64,000 bases of DNA from Andalucia godoyi And28. Taxonomy: Eukaryota > Protista > Jakobida. A program made the position numbers and the translations under genes. Where the stretch lies: contig VRVR01000023.1 of the NCBI GenBank assembly GCA_009859145.1, positions 1 through 64,000 of the forward strand. The letters run 5' to 3'. The notes beneath the pieces were generated by a model that worked only from the letters and a program-made list of their open reading frames with translations, ran no database searches and was not told the origin of the DNA. Numbering within the stretch: position 1 is the first letter of the stretch; every line of letters starts with the position of its first letter. Shown in pieces: positions 9,750 to 20,635 of the stretch.

Positions 9750-10415
9750 ATGCTGAAGAGAGCGGTGTGGCGGGGAACGATGATGTCAAAGCACGTGGTC
9801 AAAGGAGTTGTGTGGGATTTGGACGGGACGCTGACGATTCCAGTGCTGGACTTCAAGATAATGCGACAGCGAACGGGGATTCTGACGGGCGATCTGCTGG
9901 TTCATGCAGATGCGAGTGCGCTTGCGATCATTGAAGAGATGGAGGCGGAGGCGGTTGCGAAGATGCAGCTGCAGCCGCACTGCCTGGAGGTCCTGCGTTA
10001 CTTCCAGCAAAGGCACATCCCAATGGGCATCTTGTCGCGCAATTCATCGGTCAGCTTACGGGCGTTTGTTGAATTTGTGGATCCGGACATCAGGTTCACG
10101 CACGTGCTGTCTCGCGACCATCCCCCATTCAAGCCAGATCCACACAACATCATTCATATGGCCCGTGACTGGAATGTCCCATTACACAATGTCGTCATGG
10201 TCGGCGATGCTCGGGACGACGTCTTGGCGGGCTTCCGCGCAGGCGCCCACACCGTCCTCTTGACACACGACACCCCGCTGCACGTGCATCTGTCGCTGCT
10301 GGAAGAAGCGCGCACGGAGAATGAAAAACTGCACGGTGTGCAAATCTCGCCCACGTGCGTCGTCAAGAACCTGTCCGATTTCGTGGCGGCATTCGAGAAC
10401 ACGTTTGAGGTTTAG
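9750..10415 (+). CDS. HAD-superfamily hydrolase, possibly organelle-targeted
   Basis: Motif I WDLDGTL, motif II ILSRN, motif III FKPDP, motif IV MVGDARDDV; basic N-terminus. Confidence 0.88.
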   Translation: MLKRAVWRGTMMSKHVVKGVVWDLDGTLTIPVLDFKIMRQRTGILTGDLLVHADASALAIIEEMEAEAVAKMQLQPHCLEVLRYFQQRHIPMGILSRNSSVSLRAFVEFVDPDIRFTHVLSRDHPPFKPDPHNIIHMARDWNVPLHNVVMVGDARDDVLAGFRAGAHTVLLTHDTPLHVHLSLLEEARTENEKLHGVQISPTCVVKNLSDFVAAFENTFEV

Positions 10416-10619
10416 AGAGACGTCGGATGCATCTCCGGGTGTATACACATTTTCATTTTCTGCGTCCCGCTTGTTATTCTGCAGTTTACAACAACAAAAA
10501 AAGAAAGCCTCTGATCCTTTTTTGCCGAGCTGTTTCGAGGGCTTCGCAGCATGCATCCACAAAGTCTACGGAATAATGGTGTCCTTTGGCGTCATTCTTC
10601 TTGTTCTGGTGTCTGCACT

Positions 10620-12425
10620 TCATCGCTTGAGCTTGTAGGCGCGTTCCTTTTCGGTGCGCAGACGGTCACGTGCTTCGTGGTCGTGGTGGTGCTTCTTCTC
10701 CTTCTTGTCCTCCACAATCTTGTCCGCATTGATGAACAGGTTAATTGGCTCCGCAACCTTGTTGATGTGAGTGATCACACCCATGCCCTTCGTTCGTCCT
10801 TCTCGGAAAATTAGCCGCTCTCCGACTCGAACGACTTCCGGACGGAACATGAAACGAAAGCGGACACGCGCGCGATCGCCAGTTCGAACGATTTCGCTGT
10901 TCAGCTCGGTAAGCTTCACGGTCTGCCGGACAGCACGGACGTGCACCACCGGTTGGTACCCTTGGTGAATGGACGTCGCATGGCTGTGCAGGATGAGAAC
11001 ATCGGCTTCGAACTCCCAAACTGCTCTGGCCTCCGATTCCGGCACAAGTACCATTCCGTTGCGAACAAAAGAACGCTTCACCTTTCGAAGCGCAAACGCA
11101 GCAGACATTCCAGCGTGAACGCGATGGACACTCACTCTGTGGGATTGAATGGACTTGACTTCCGTCCGGACAAACGAGCCATTCGCGTCAGGGCCAATGC
11201 AAACAGAATCCCCGACTTGGACCGACCCGTGAGTGACGAGAGCAGAAACAACGCACCCGACCCCTTCGACATTGAACGAGTCGTCGACATCTGCTGCAAA
11301 TGGCATTTGCGACATTTCCGACCAGTCGATCCGGCGAGGGGCAAAGTTCAAAAAGGAGCGGACGAGATCCAGTCCCTCCCCAGTCACGTTCGACACGAGG
11401 AAAATTGGAGCAAGTCGGTCAGCTGCCTGGAACGACTTGGACACCGTGACGACATCGTCCATGGTTCGGATGACGACCGGCATCTTACGCACACCAGGCA
11501 ACTTCAGGATCCTGCTGATATCATTCATTGTCTGGTCAAGAACGTTCTTCGGAGCAATGTCGATCTTGGTCACGACGAACACCAGCGGAACCTTCAGTGC
11601 AAGCGCGATGCCAATGTGCTCCTTGGACATTTTTGTAAGCCCGTTATTCGCAGCCACAATGATCATTGCATAGTCCAAAGCATTCCCACTCATTCCGCGG
11701 CAGGTGGTCTTGAGGTACTTTTCGTGACCAGCTAAATCGATGAAGGTGACCAGCTTCTTGCTCTCTGCAATGACGTCCGATATTTCCGAATGGATCTTGT
11801 CATAATTGACAACTTTTCCATCGGCGTCGAATCCCATGACCTGGTGGCTCACAGCAGACGTGCGGCCAGTCTCAATTTCGTGCCGATGAGTAAACACATA
11901 CAGCCGCGACGCACCACGTCCATTATCGAGGGCTCCGCGCGTCAACACACCGATGAACGTCGACTTTCCGGCATCGACATTTCCGACGACCGCAACCTTC
12001 AAGTCCACATATGCATCGTCTGCCACATTTCGAACAAGAATTTCAGCAACCTTTCCTTCGTGGCCGTCACGGATGCTCACAACGAGCGTCTTGCAGCTCA
12101 GCGACGCCGCCATCTTCTCCAGCGTCTCCAGCGACAATTTCAGTTCGTCCTCGGACAGTCCACGAGGAAATCCATTGTCGTCAACACCGATCTCGTAGAA
12201 CGCCTCGCCCTTTCCCTCCGAAAGCCGAAACTTCAACTGCGTGGTGAGATGCGACAAACGCTTCGCAGTCGGGTTGACTAGATGGCGCTTGTACTCTACG
12301 TGGCCATCGTCGTCCTCCGCAGGCAGTGACACAATCTTTGTGCCACACTCCGCCAGTGGCGTATTCGCAAGAAGAGACACGCTCTCTCCCTCTGCACACT
12401 TGTTTATTCTCGAATCCGCAGCCAT
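10620..12425 (-). CDS. GTPBP1: GTPBP1/GTPBP2-family translational GTPase
   Basis: GHVEYKRHL N-domain, GNVDAGKST, HRHEIETGRTS, DLAGHEKYLKTT, TKID, EF-Tu-like domains II/III; GTPBP1 versus GTPBP2 not resolved. Confidence 0.9.
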   Translation of the reverse strand: MAADSRINKCAEGESVSLLANTPLAECGTKIVSLPAEDDDGHVEYKRHLVNPTAKRLSHLTTQLKFRLSEGKGEAFYEIGVDDNGFPRGLSEDELKLSLETLEKMAASLSCKTLVVSIRDGHEGKVAEILVRNVADDAYVDLKVAVVGNVDAGKSTFIGVLTRGALDNGRGASRLYVFTHRHEIETGRTSAVSHQVMGFDADGKVVNYDKIHSEISDVIAESKKLVTFIDLAGHEKYLKTTCRGMSGNALDYAMIIVAANNGLTKMSKEHIGIALALKVPLVFVVTKIDIAPKNVLDQTMNDISRILKLPGVRKMPVVIRTMDDVVTVSKSFQAADRLAPIFLVSNVTGEGLDLVRSFLNFAPRRIDWSEMSQMPFAADVDDSFNVEGVGCVVSALVTHGSVQVGDSVCIGPDANGSFVRTEVKSIQSHRVSVHRVHAGMSAAFALRKVKRSFVRNGMVLVPESEARAVWEFEADVLILHSHATSIHQGYQPVVHVRAVRQTVKLTELNSEIVRTGDRARVRFRFMFRPEVVRVGERLIFREGRTKGMGVITHINKVAEPINLFINADKIVEDKKEKKHHHDHEARDRLRTEKERAYKLKR

Positions 12426-12862
12426 GATTCACTACTGTTCGTTGATTATTCTTATTCTTATTTCCCTTAAGAGGTTTTAATTAAGAAAAAGAGGAGAGAG
12501 AAAATGGAAGGGGGGGAAAAAATAAATATTGAAACGAAATGAGATAAAACTTGAAAACGAGAACTTTTTTAGTATAACTCTCTTATTTAATATATTTTAA
12601 TTTATTGGCTTTTTTTTGCTTTGGTGAAGAGCCAAGACTCGAGAGACCTTTTTTCGTTTCGGATGCCAATCTGTCGGTGAATAAGCATGAAGCTCGTCAA
12701 AACCTAAAACAAGCAGAAGTGAAGAAGACATGAACGAATCAAAACCGAGTGATTCGGGTTGGGTGACGAGACGAGTCTTATTTGGTCTTATCTACAGCAG
12801 GTGGATTCCTCATCGCGCTGATTCCGTGTTCTTTCTTTTATGTCGTCATCATTACAATTCAT

Positions 12863-15736
12863 CTATTGTCTGGCGCTTGCTTGTCGTCGGGCCTCGTCGT
12901 CCCGCGCCTTTTCTGAGATGGACAGAAAGACTTCTTCAAGAGTCGTGATCGAGAGGGCATGGTCGACACGTGTAAACGACCGTTCGTTCTCCAATTGGCG
13001 GAAGAACGAAGACAATCGTGGAGAAATCTCTCGCGGGATACGGTACACAATCACGGAGCCCACATCATACACAATGGATGCCTCTGGAAGCGTCGTTCGC
13101 ACGAACTCCAGCACCGCCGGCTTTTGCGACACATCTGCCATCGTGAAGCTCAGACGATACCCGGCTCCGAACTTGTTCTTCAAGTGCAGTGACGAGCCAA
13201 GGCATCGGATCTTTCCTTTGGCCATAATTGCAATTCTGTCGCCAAGGACATCAGCTTCCTCCATGGAATGCGTCGTAAGCATCATCGCGCGGCCTGTCTT
13301 CGCCTCCTCCAGCATTCCCCAAAGAGCCCGTCGAGAAATCGGATCAAGCCCCGTCGACGGCTCGTCCAGATACAAGATCAACGGATCACCAATCAACGAA
13401 ATCGCGCAGGACAACCGTCTGCGCATGCCTCCGGAGAATGACCCGGAAACAACATTCGCAACAGAGGAAAGATCGACACCCGCGAGACGGCGATCACTTT
13501 CCGAAGCAATAAGAGACCGTTTCATGCCCTTGAGAGTTGCGAACAACTCGAGATGCTCGGAAGCCGTCATGTACTCAAAAAGAATGTCATGCTGAGGGCA
13601 AACACCCATGTAGCGCCTGATGGCGTCCATGTTCGACCCAACTTGCATCCCGTGGATAAAAGCGTCGCCGGAGGTGATGGTATGCACTCCAGTGAGCATG
13701 TTAAACGTAGTGGACTTACCAGCACCATTCGCTCCAAGCAAGACGAACATTTCCCCTTGAGGGATTCCAAAAGATATTCCGCGAACGGCGTGGTACGCCT
13801 TTTTCTTACGTCCAAAACATGCACAAGAACAACCTTTGCTCTCGTAATACACTTTCTGAAGATTAACAACGCGCAAGACATAATTATCAATCGCGTCTTC
13901 CGAGCACACATAGTCCTCCTCCGCGATGACATCCGGGTCCGCAATGTACTCATACGGTTGCCCAGCAATCGGCGCAACTGGGAATGTCTGTGCTCCCGCC
14001 GGATAGACAACAGGAGGAGTGCCAGCAGGCTGCGAGTAGGGAGGAGGATTGTATGGCTGAAGAACAGACGGCGAAACGGTGCCAGGGGGTGCCTGGTATC
14101 CCTGGTAGTAGTGGTACGGCGCTGCTACATACATCGGCTGTTGTGGCGGCGCATGAGTGGCCACATACTGCGGCTGGTTGTAGGTCGCATTTGCGACAGT
14201 GCTGCGACGCTGCCGCTCTCGCTTCAATCGCTCCGCAGCCTCAACGGAGGACTTCTTCTGCTTCTCGCGAGAGGCCTTGGAAGACACACAGCCCCAATAG
14301 CTGGGGGTAAGGAAAAACAGATAATTCTCGGCAATGCCATAATCGCCGGCAACGACATGGTCAAAGTACGTCAACAGCACGGCGAAGATGAAAAAGTCCA
14401 GGATCGCATACTTGTACAGCGTCTGCAGGGGAAATATGTCCGTGTAGCTTCCAATCTGGCTCCAGCTGATTCCAGAGGACTCCTCCGAGGCCGTCGCATT
14501 CGACAGATCCGACAGTCCCTTGTACAGCACCACCGGCGGAAGCAGCGCAAAGATGACACGCAGTGCCTCCGGAACACTGATGCCGGGATTGTACAAGATC
14601 TGAACCGCAAACGAGTCTCCGATCCAAAAGAGCAAGAAGAACAAGAATCCAAAGCTTGTTGCTGCCTTCGCAGTTGAGATAAACACTGAAAAGAAGAATC
14701 CCATCATGATGATTCCCATTCCTGACAGAAGCAGCAAAAAGAAGTACGTGCCAAACGCATTCTTCAAGAAAAAGCGGAATTGGAACATCGCTCCAGAAGC
14801 GCTCAAAATGAGAATGATGAGAATGAGCATCACGAGGGCCATCAACGTGTATGACAGCCAAAATGGAAGACGCTTCAGACCCATGACCTGCATGGACAAC
14901 CGGAGTTTCGCCTCCTTCTCATGGATAATGATTGTCAGCAGCGACAAGAACAGGAACATGATGCACATGAAAATGAGCGGCTGGCCAAAAATGTTGATAA
15001 TGTTCAACAGCACCAGTTCGCGTCGAGGCATTGCAACGGGAGAAACCGAAAGACTTGCGCCGAACGCAGACTGGAATAGCACGTTGTCCATGGCTGCCAT
15101 CATGGGCACCACAACAGTGTCCATGGGCGCATTGCACGAATCCAAAGTCGTGCATGCATTCGAATCATTGTACGCAATGGTGTAGGTCAGTTGCGGCACC
15201 GCTGATGTCCATGAGACGTTCTGGTAAAACAGATACGCGGCCTGTGTAAAGTTTTGCTTCCCAAACACGAATTCCTCGCATGCCTGGATTGTTGGAAACC
15301 CCCTGACTTCCGAGGCTGGGATTTGGAACGTGCTGGACACCGTCTGGACCAACGTATCATAAGGATACCCTGTGGGTGCATAAGCGATTGTCAAGCACGT
15401 GGAATCGTCTGGACCTGGAATGCACCGCTTGAGCTGCAGACTCTGTGGATCAAAGCTTTTCCTGACCTCTCGCTTGTTCCGCAGCGCTGGCTGCGATCGA
15501 TATCCCTCGTCAATCACGAACATCAAAAACATAAACACAAAAGGTGCAAACAAAATCATAGCAGTCATTGACGGCTTACGACGAAGTGTCAAGTAGTTCT
15601 TCTTGCACAGCACATATGTCTGCCACACATACCGCGAAAACACTCCTTGCGGCTCCACACCGCCTGGCGCAGCCGCCAGCGACTGTCTTTCCCCAGCAGT
15701 CGATTCTTTGCGTGCTGCTCGTGGCGTAGATCCCAT
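12863..15736 (-). CDS. Half-size ABCA-family transporter (TMD-NBD)
   Basis: LCKKNYLTLRR N-terminus, EKEAKLRLSMQVMGL, Walker A GANGAGKST, GVCPQHD, FSGGMRRRL, LDEPSTGLD, TTHSMEEAD. Confidence 0.92.
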   Translation of the reverse strand: MGSTPRAARKESTAGERQSLAAAPGGVEPQGVFSRYVWQTYVLCKKNYLTLRRKPSMTAMILFAPFVFMFLMFVIDEGYRSQPALRNKREVRKSFDPQSLQLKRCIPGPDDSTCLTIAYAPTGYPYDTLVQTVSSTFQIPASEVRGFPTIQACEEFVFGKQNFTQAAYLFYQNVSWTSAVPQLTYTIAYNDSNACTTLDSCNAPMDTVVVPMMAAMDNVLFQSAFGASLSVSPVAMPRRELVLLNIINIFGQPLIFMCIMFLFLSLLTIIIHEKEAKLRLSMQVMGLKRLPFWLSYTLMALVMLILIILILSASGAMFQFRFFLKNAFGTYFFLLLLSGMGIIMMGFFFSVFISTAKAATSFGFLFFLLFWIGDSFAVQILYNPGISVPEALRVIFALLPPVVLYKGLSDLSNATASEESSGISWSQIGSYTDIFPLQTLYKYAILDFFIFAVLLTYFDHVVAGDYGIAENYLFFLTPSYWGCVSSKASREKQKKSSVEAAERLKRERQRRSTVANATYNQPQYVATHAPPQQPMYVAAPYHYYQGYQAPPGTVSPSVLQPYNPPPYSQPAGTPPVVYPAGAQTFPVAPIAGQPYEYIADPDVIAEEDYVCSEDAIDNYVLRVVNLQKVYYESKGCSCACFGRKKKAYHAVRGISFGIPQGEMFVLLGANGAGKSTTFNMLTGVHTITSGDAFIHGMQVGSNMDAIRRYMGVCPQHDILFEYMTASEHLELFATLKGMKRSLIASESDRRLAGVDLSSVANVVSGSFSGGMRRRLSCAISLIGDPLILYLDEPSTGLDPISRRALWGMLEEAKTGRAMMLTTHSMEEADVLGDRIAIMAKGKIRCLGSSLHLKNKFGAGYRLSFTMADVSQKPAVLEFVRTTLPEASIVYDVGSVIVYRIPREISPRLSSFFRQLENERSFTRVDHALSITTLEEVFLSISEKARDDEARRQASARQ

Positions 15737-15826
15737 GACGCCCGCAACAGATCCCCCTCCCCCGCTCAAACAATGATTCAATTTATTTAACAATAATAAT
15801 TTAAGAAAAGTATTTCTATTAAATGC

Positions 15827-15896
15827 AAAAAAGGAAAAGGAAAAGGAAAAGGAAAAAAGAAGAAGAAGAAGAAGAAGAAGAAGAAGAAGAAGAAGA

Positions 15897-15972
<76 letters not shown>
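15827..15972. repeat. Polypurine tract (GGAAAA)n-(GAA)n-(GA)n between divergent ABCA genes
   Basis: About 145 nt of pure A/G ending at the ATG of the + strand ABCA gene. Confidence 0.95.
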
Positions 15973-15974
<2 letters not shown>

Positions 15975-18671
15975 TATCAGTCTCCTGTTCGTCCTCCTCT
16001 AAAAGGAACTGGGGCATTCACACAGTTTGACGCTCTGTTTCGCAAACAAGGGATTTTGCAACGTCGTCGGAAATGCCAGATCTGCTGTCAGTGCTTTCTG
16101 CCTTTCTTTGTGCTGGTGCTGCTCGTGGCGGCGTCTGGAGCGGCACAGTCATTCACAAAAAAGACAATTAGCGAGCAAGAAAACCCAACAGTCACGAATG
16201 GAGTCGTTTCGGCATTCGTAAACACGATATCAGGTTCGGTGATTCCGTATGTGAATGTCGCCGGCGGGTCGTCGCCGTCGCCGTCGCAGACACAGGCACT
16301 CTCGCGTCTCATTGGGAACATCACGTCTGCAAACATCTACAAGTCACTCGGCGGGTCTCTGGTGGGCAACCTGCCTCCAACCCAGCAGTTTTCGTCGAAA
16401 TCAGACAGCGATTCATACATCTTTGGACAGTTCAAGAACGGCCCTTCGGTTGCCAGCGGATATCTGATCAATGCGTTTACACCATTGTCGCTTTCGTACA
16501 GTCCCTACTACAACAACACCTTCACGGAGTTTGTGGTGAATTCGTGGAACATGCAGGATCTTCCGGGCCCTATGCTTGCGATGCACCGTGCAGCATCTGC
16601 CCAATTTGCTGCTGCGTCTGGAAAGGCGGGAGTGAACTATCTGGTGCAGTTCCAGCCCCTGCCGACGCAAAAGCTAACCACGTTTGTTGATTTTGTGCAG
16701 TACCTCATTCCTCTCATGTTTGTGTGGTCGTTCAACGCGCTCTTCCCCGTTCTGGTCCAGTACATTGTCTACGAAAAGGAGAACAACCTCATCTACTCGA
16801 TGGTCTTGCAGGGACTGAAGCCCTTGGTGTACTGGGCAGTGCAGGGATTGTTTTACTTCATCTTCTATGTGGTGATCACAGGCATTACAATCGGTGGTGG
16901 CATCTTTTTCCAGCTGCGGTTCTTTGTTTTCAATACTATTTCTCTGCTGTTTGCCTATTTCTGGGTATGGGGACTGTTCCATTTGATTCCCATGTCGTTC
17001 CTCGTGGCGATGTGCTTTAGAAACACGAGAACTGCGCAGATTACGTGCTACTTTGCCATGCTTCTCTTCGGAATTCTTGCGCAGGTGACAACCCAGCAGT
17101 TGTATTCTGGTGACGAGGCCCCAGCGTCCTGGGCATTGGTTGTTTCGTCCTTTGTTCCTGTATTTTGTTTCCACCGAGGACTCTACTATCTCGCTACGTT
17201 TTCTGCGATTGGGTTCAAGGGACTGGATTGGACGAACATGAACGATGGCGGATCAGAGCTTGGCGGTGTTTTCATCCAGTTAATCATTGAAGGCTTGCTG
17301 GTATGGGCAGTGTTTGGCTTCTTTTATTTGATGAGCAAGAGGGGCGTTACGTGGTCTGATGTGTGGAACAAGATCCGCTGCTGCAAGACGAAGCGCGCAA
17401 AGGATATTGAGAGCACGCAGGTTAAGGAAGACACCGAAGTTGCCAATGTGGTCAGCCAACGAGCTCGCCGCTTTTCCCGTCGTTCAAGCCAGCCCGACGT
17501 GGACTCGGAGAGGTCGCTTGCGGGTCACCTAGTCGAAGTTGGGTCGAGCATTCGAACAGCTACGTTTTCGAGCACCACTTCAGGAGGCCTCAGCCCAGAT
17601 GACCAGCGAACTCTCGGAGGCCTTGTTTCCTTTAACATTCAGAAGACGTTCGTGCGCTCTGACGGCACAAAGAAGGCTGCCTTGAAGGGAGTTTCGTTGA
17701 CATGTCCTCAGGGCACCATCACTGCCATGCTTGGTAGTTCTGGCGGCGGAAAGACGACGTTCTGCAACTGTATTCTTGGCAGGCTTCCGAAAGATAACGG
17801 AAAGGTATACATCGCTGGCTATGACTTGGATACAGAGCGAAGCAAGATTTTCCCGTTTCTAGGGGTATGCCCGCAGTTTGATGCGCAATGGGAAGATCAG
17901 ACCGGGCGCGAACACTTGATTTTCTATGGCCGCCTTCGCGGCCTTAGTGGCAGGAAGCTGATTGTTGCAGTTCAGCAGGCGCTGGAAGCCGTGAACTTGG
18001 TCGAGTTTGCAGACGTCAGGTCGAAGGCGTATTCTGGAGGCATGAAACGACGCCTCAGTGTCGCAATCGCCTTTTTGGGGTCTCCGCGATTCGTTTTGCT
18101 TGACGAGCCCACAACGGGAATGGACGTGCATTCACGACGAGAGGTGTGGGACGCGATCCAAGCTTCGAAAGAAGGGAAAGCGGTGTTGCTGACGACGCAT
18201 GCTCTTGAAGAAGCAGAAGCGCTTGCGGATCGCGTCTGCATTGTCAATTCGGGCAACTTGGAGTGCATCGGAACAGTGGAGGAGTTGAAGAATCGATATG
18301 GAAATGGATACTCCATGCAGATCGCCTTGACTGACCATGGCTCCGCGGCAAATTCGCAGTCTTCGTCGGCGTCCGAAGCCGTGAAGCAGTTTGTGTCGAC
18401 AAACTTTGAGGACGCCGAGCTGACCGACGAGATCGCCGGGACATTCAAATATAGCATTCCGTCCTCAGACAATACGAAGCTTAGCAGCATTTTTGAGCTG
18501 ATGGAGAGTCACAAGAGCACCCTGAAGATTTCCGACTGGGCATTAAGTCGTGTTACTCTCGAGTCTGTGTTTTTGTTGGTTACCGAAGATGCCAAACAAA
18601 GAGAAGAATCCGCGTCGTCTTCGGATAGCGCTGCGTCCACATTTGGTCTTGTGATTGACGGGTCATCTTGA
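15972..18671 (+). CDS. Half-size ABCA-family transporter (TMD-NBD)
   Basis: LFRKQGILQRR, YEKENNL, Walker A GSSGGGKT, GVCPQFD, YSGGMKRRL, LDEPTTGMD, TTHALEEAE. Confidence 0.92.
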
Positions 18672-18782
18672 TTCTCTTTTTACAATGCAACGGACAAAAA
18701 ATAAATAATAATAAGAAAACGAATAAACAAAAATGCCATGATGAATACATTCTCTCCACGTTTTGCCGTATGTTCCGGTGCG

Positions 18783-19904
18783 CTATGAGGATCGGGAGCG
18801 CCCCTTTTTCTTCTTCTTCTCGGTGCATGTCTTCGTCTTGCTTCCAGGGCGCGTTTGATCGCTGCAGCGCTGATAGCCTTCCGCACGAAGCATTTCTTCG
18901 GCACGCTTGAGAGCAGCCGCGGTGATGTACTCTTTCTCTGCTTGGAGCGCCCTTTCGGAAATCCTCTGAAATGCAGGAGCTACGTTGCATCCAGTAACCG
19001 CAGAAACAGGAATGACCTCGGAAAATCCTTGTTCTGCAGCAAACTCGCAGCACTTTAAGCAAGCCATGTCGAGTTCATCGCTATCGGTGAGCAGATCGAT
19101 CTTGTTCAAAAGCAAAATAAAAGGGATCGGCTTTCCAGAGTGTGGGATGGAGACACGGTCCTGAATTTCATGCTTCCAGTACATTGCAGCCTCGAAGCTC
19201 GAGTCACTCAGATTCGTCGCGTCGACGACGATGAACGCTGCATGTGCGTACTTGACATACACGTTTGCTACGCACGCAACATGATCCTGACCACCAATGT
19301 CATAAACCTGGGTGCAAACGTCACCAAAACTGGGTAAACAGATGTCCACATTCGTCACATCCAGCCCAATCGTCGGCATGGAATTCAGAAAATCCTTGCT
19401 GATATTGCGCCGGACGAGAGTACTCTTTCCCACCCCGGAATTCCCCACCAGGAGGATTTTCAAAACGGTGTCGCACGGAACTCCCGTCCTGCTCACATAC
19501 TTTGGAGGCCGTTCGTAAACCGCTGCGCTTTGTTGCACAATCCACGGACATTTGCTGATGGACACCGGAGCACGCTGTCGAGTTCCTATCGGCCGTCTGC
19601 TGTTTGTAGGACGGGCTCCTCCGCCTGGTTTGACTTCTGGAGCCATGCCAGCAGCAAACTTCTGCGTCTGCTTCTGCTTCTGCCGACCGTCGTCCACAGG
19701 TGACAGAGGGATGTCCTCAAGGGCAATGTTCGGGCCACTCGGGCTTCTGGGTTCATCGAAGGATCCAGAGCTGCTGGTAAAACTTCGATTGTTGAATTTC
19801 GTTGAATATTTGCCAGTCAAGCCGAAGCCTGATCTGTGCATGCCAGCGACATTGGGGCGTACAAAAACTTCGGAGCAAGCCCCCTGGACGGTTGGCGACG
19901 CCAT
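18783..19904 (-). CDS. Rab32/38/29-like small GTPase with long N-terminal extension
   Basis: G1 GNSGVGKS, PTIGLD, G3 DIGGQ, WKHEIQDRVSIPHSGKPIPFILLLNKID, G5 SAV; start uncertain. Confidence 0.82.
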   Translation of the reverse strand: MASPTVQGACSEVFVRPNVAGMHRSGFGLTGKYSTKFNNRSFTSSSGSFDEPRSPSGPNIALEDIPLSPVDDGRQKQKQTQKFAAGMAPEVKPGGGARPTNSRRPIGTRQRAPVSISKCPWIVQQSAAVYERPPKYVSRTGVPCDTVLKILLVGNSGVGKSTLVRRNISKDFLNSMPTIGLDVTNVDICLPSFGDVCTQVYDIGGQDHVACVANVYVKYAHAAFIVVDATNLSDSSFEAAMYWKHEIQDRVSIPHSGKPIPFILLLNKIDLLTDSDELDMACLKCCEFAAEQGFSEVIPVSAVTGCNVAPAFQRISERALQAEKEYITAAALKRAEEMLRAEGYQRCSDQTRPGSKTKTCTEKKKKKGRSRSS

Positions 19905-20635
19905 GAAAGAAATCGCAGACGTACCGGCCGCCGCAAGTATATAACAGTTCCGCGGTGTACGAAAGTACACGTATCTAGAGGGCAGGTCGACAAGCTGTGC
20001 GCAGAACAAAAAAAAGAAAGGGCTTGGGGACGAATGAGAAAAGAGAAGGGTGTAGAAAGGATGTTAATGTCCAAAAAAGAAGAACCCGGAATCGGATAAT
20101 GACGTGCGTGCACAAAAGAAAAATGCACCAGATGACGGAGCACTACTGATGCGAGAGAACTGTGACTTGAAATTCTTCATGCCGGCTTGTTGACGGTGTC
20201 TTGCCCTGCAAAGATTGAACGGCTTCTTTGTTTTGGAGGGGTTTCCAGAGACCACAGACGGAACCATCCGCAGCTGGGAAGTGCGGCTCGAGTGGACTTC
20301 CAAAACAACGTCGTGGGGGGGGACAGTCGGGAATTTCGCAATGCTGCATGCGGGCAACAATTTCCTTTTTCGATCGGGGAACAAAAACAGAAATCCCCCG
20401 AAAAGACTGCGACTGAATAAAAGCGTCCGAACAAACGGTCATAATCTACATGTTTTTACCAGCCATTCACTTACGAACGCATTGATCGAAATAGGCCGAT
20501 GCAGGAAAGCAATCCAGTGATCTTTGCTCTCCCCTGCTTCTGGGCCATGGATACGTGGATACGGGTACATATACAAACGTCTGAACTGCAACAACAGAGA
20601 CTGCAAATACTAGTAACATTTTCGCTGTGCAGAAT

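Noticed and set aside
15787-16017. ORFs with poly-SL, poly-F or poly-ER runs (also 42663-43023)
   Set aside because: Translations of microsatellites, not proteins
20064-20520. Short ORFs on both strands between the two Rab genes
   Set aside because: No recognisable motif, non-ATG or weak starts; treated as intergenic or UTR
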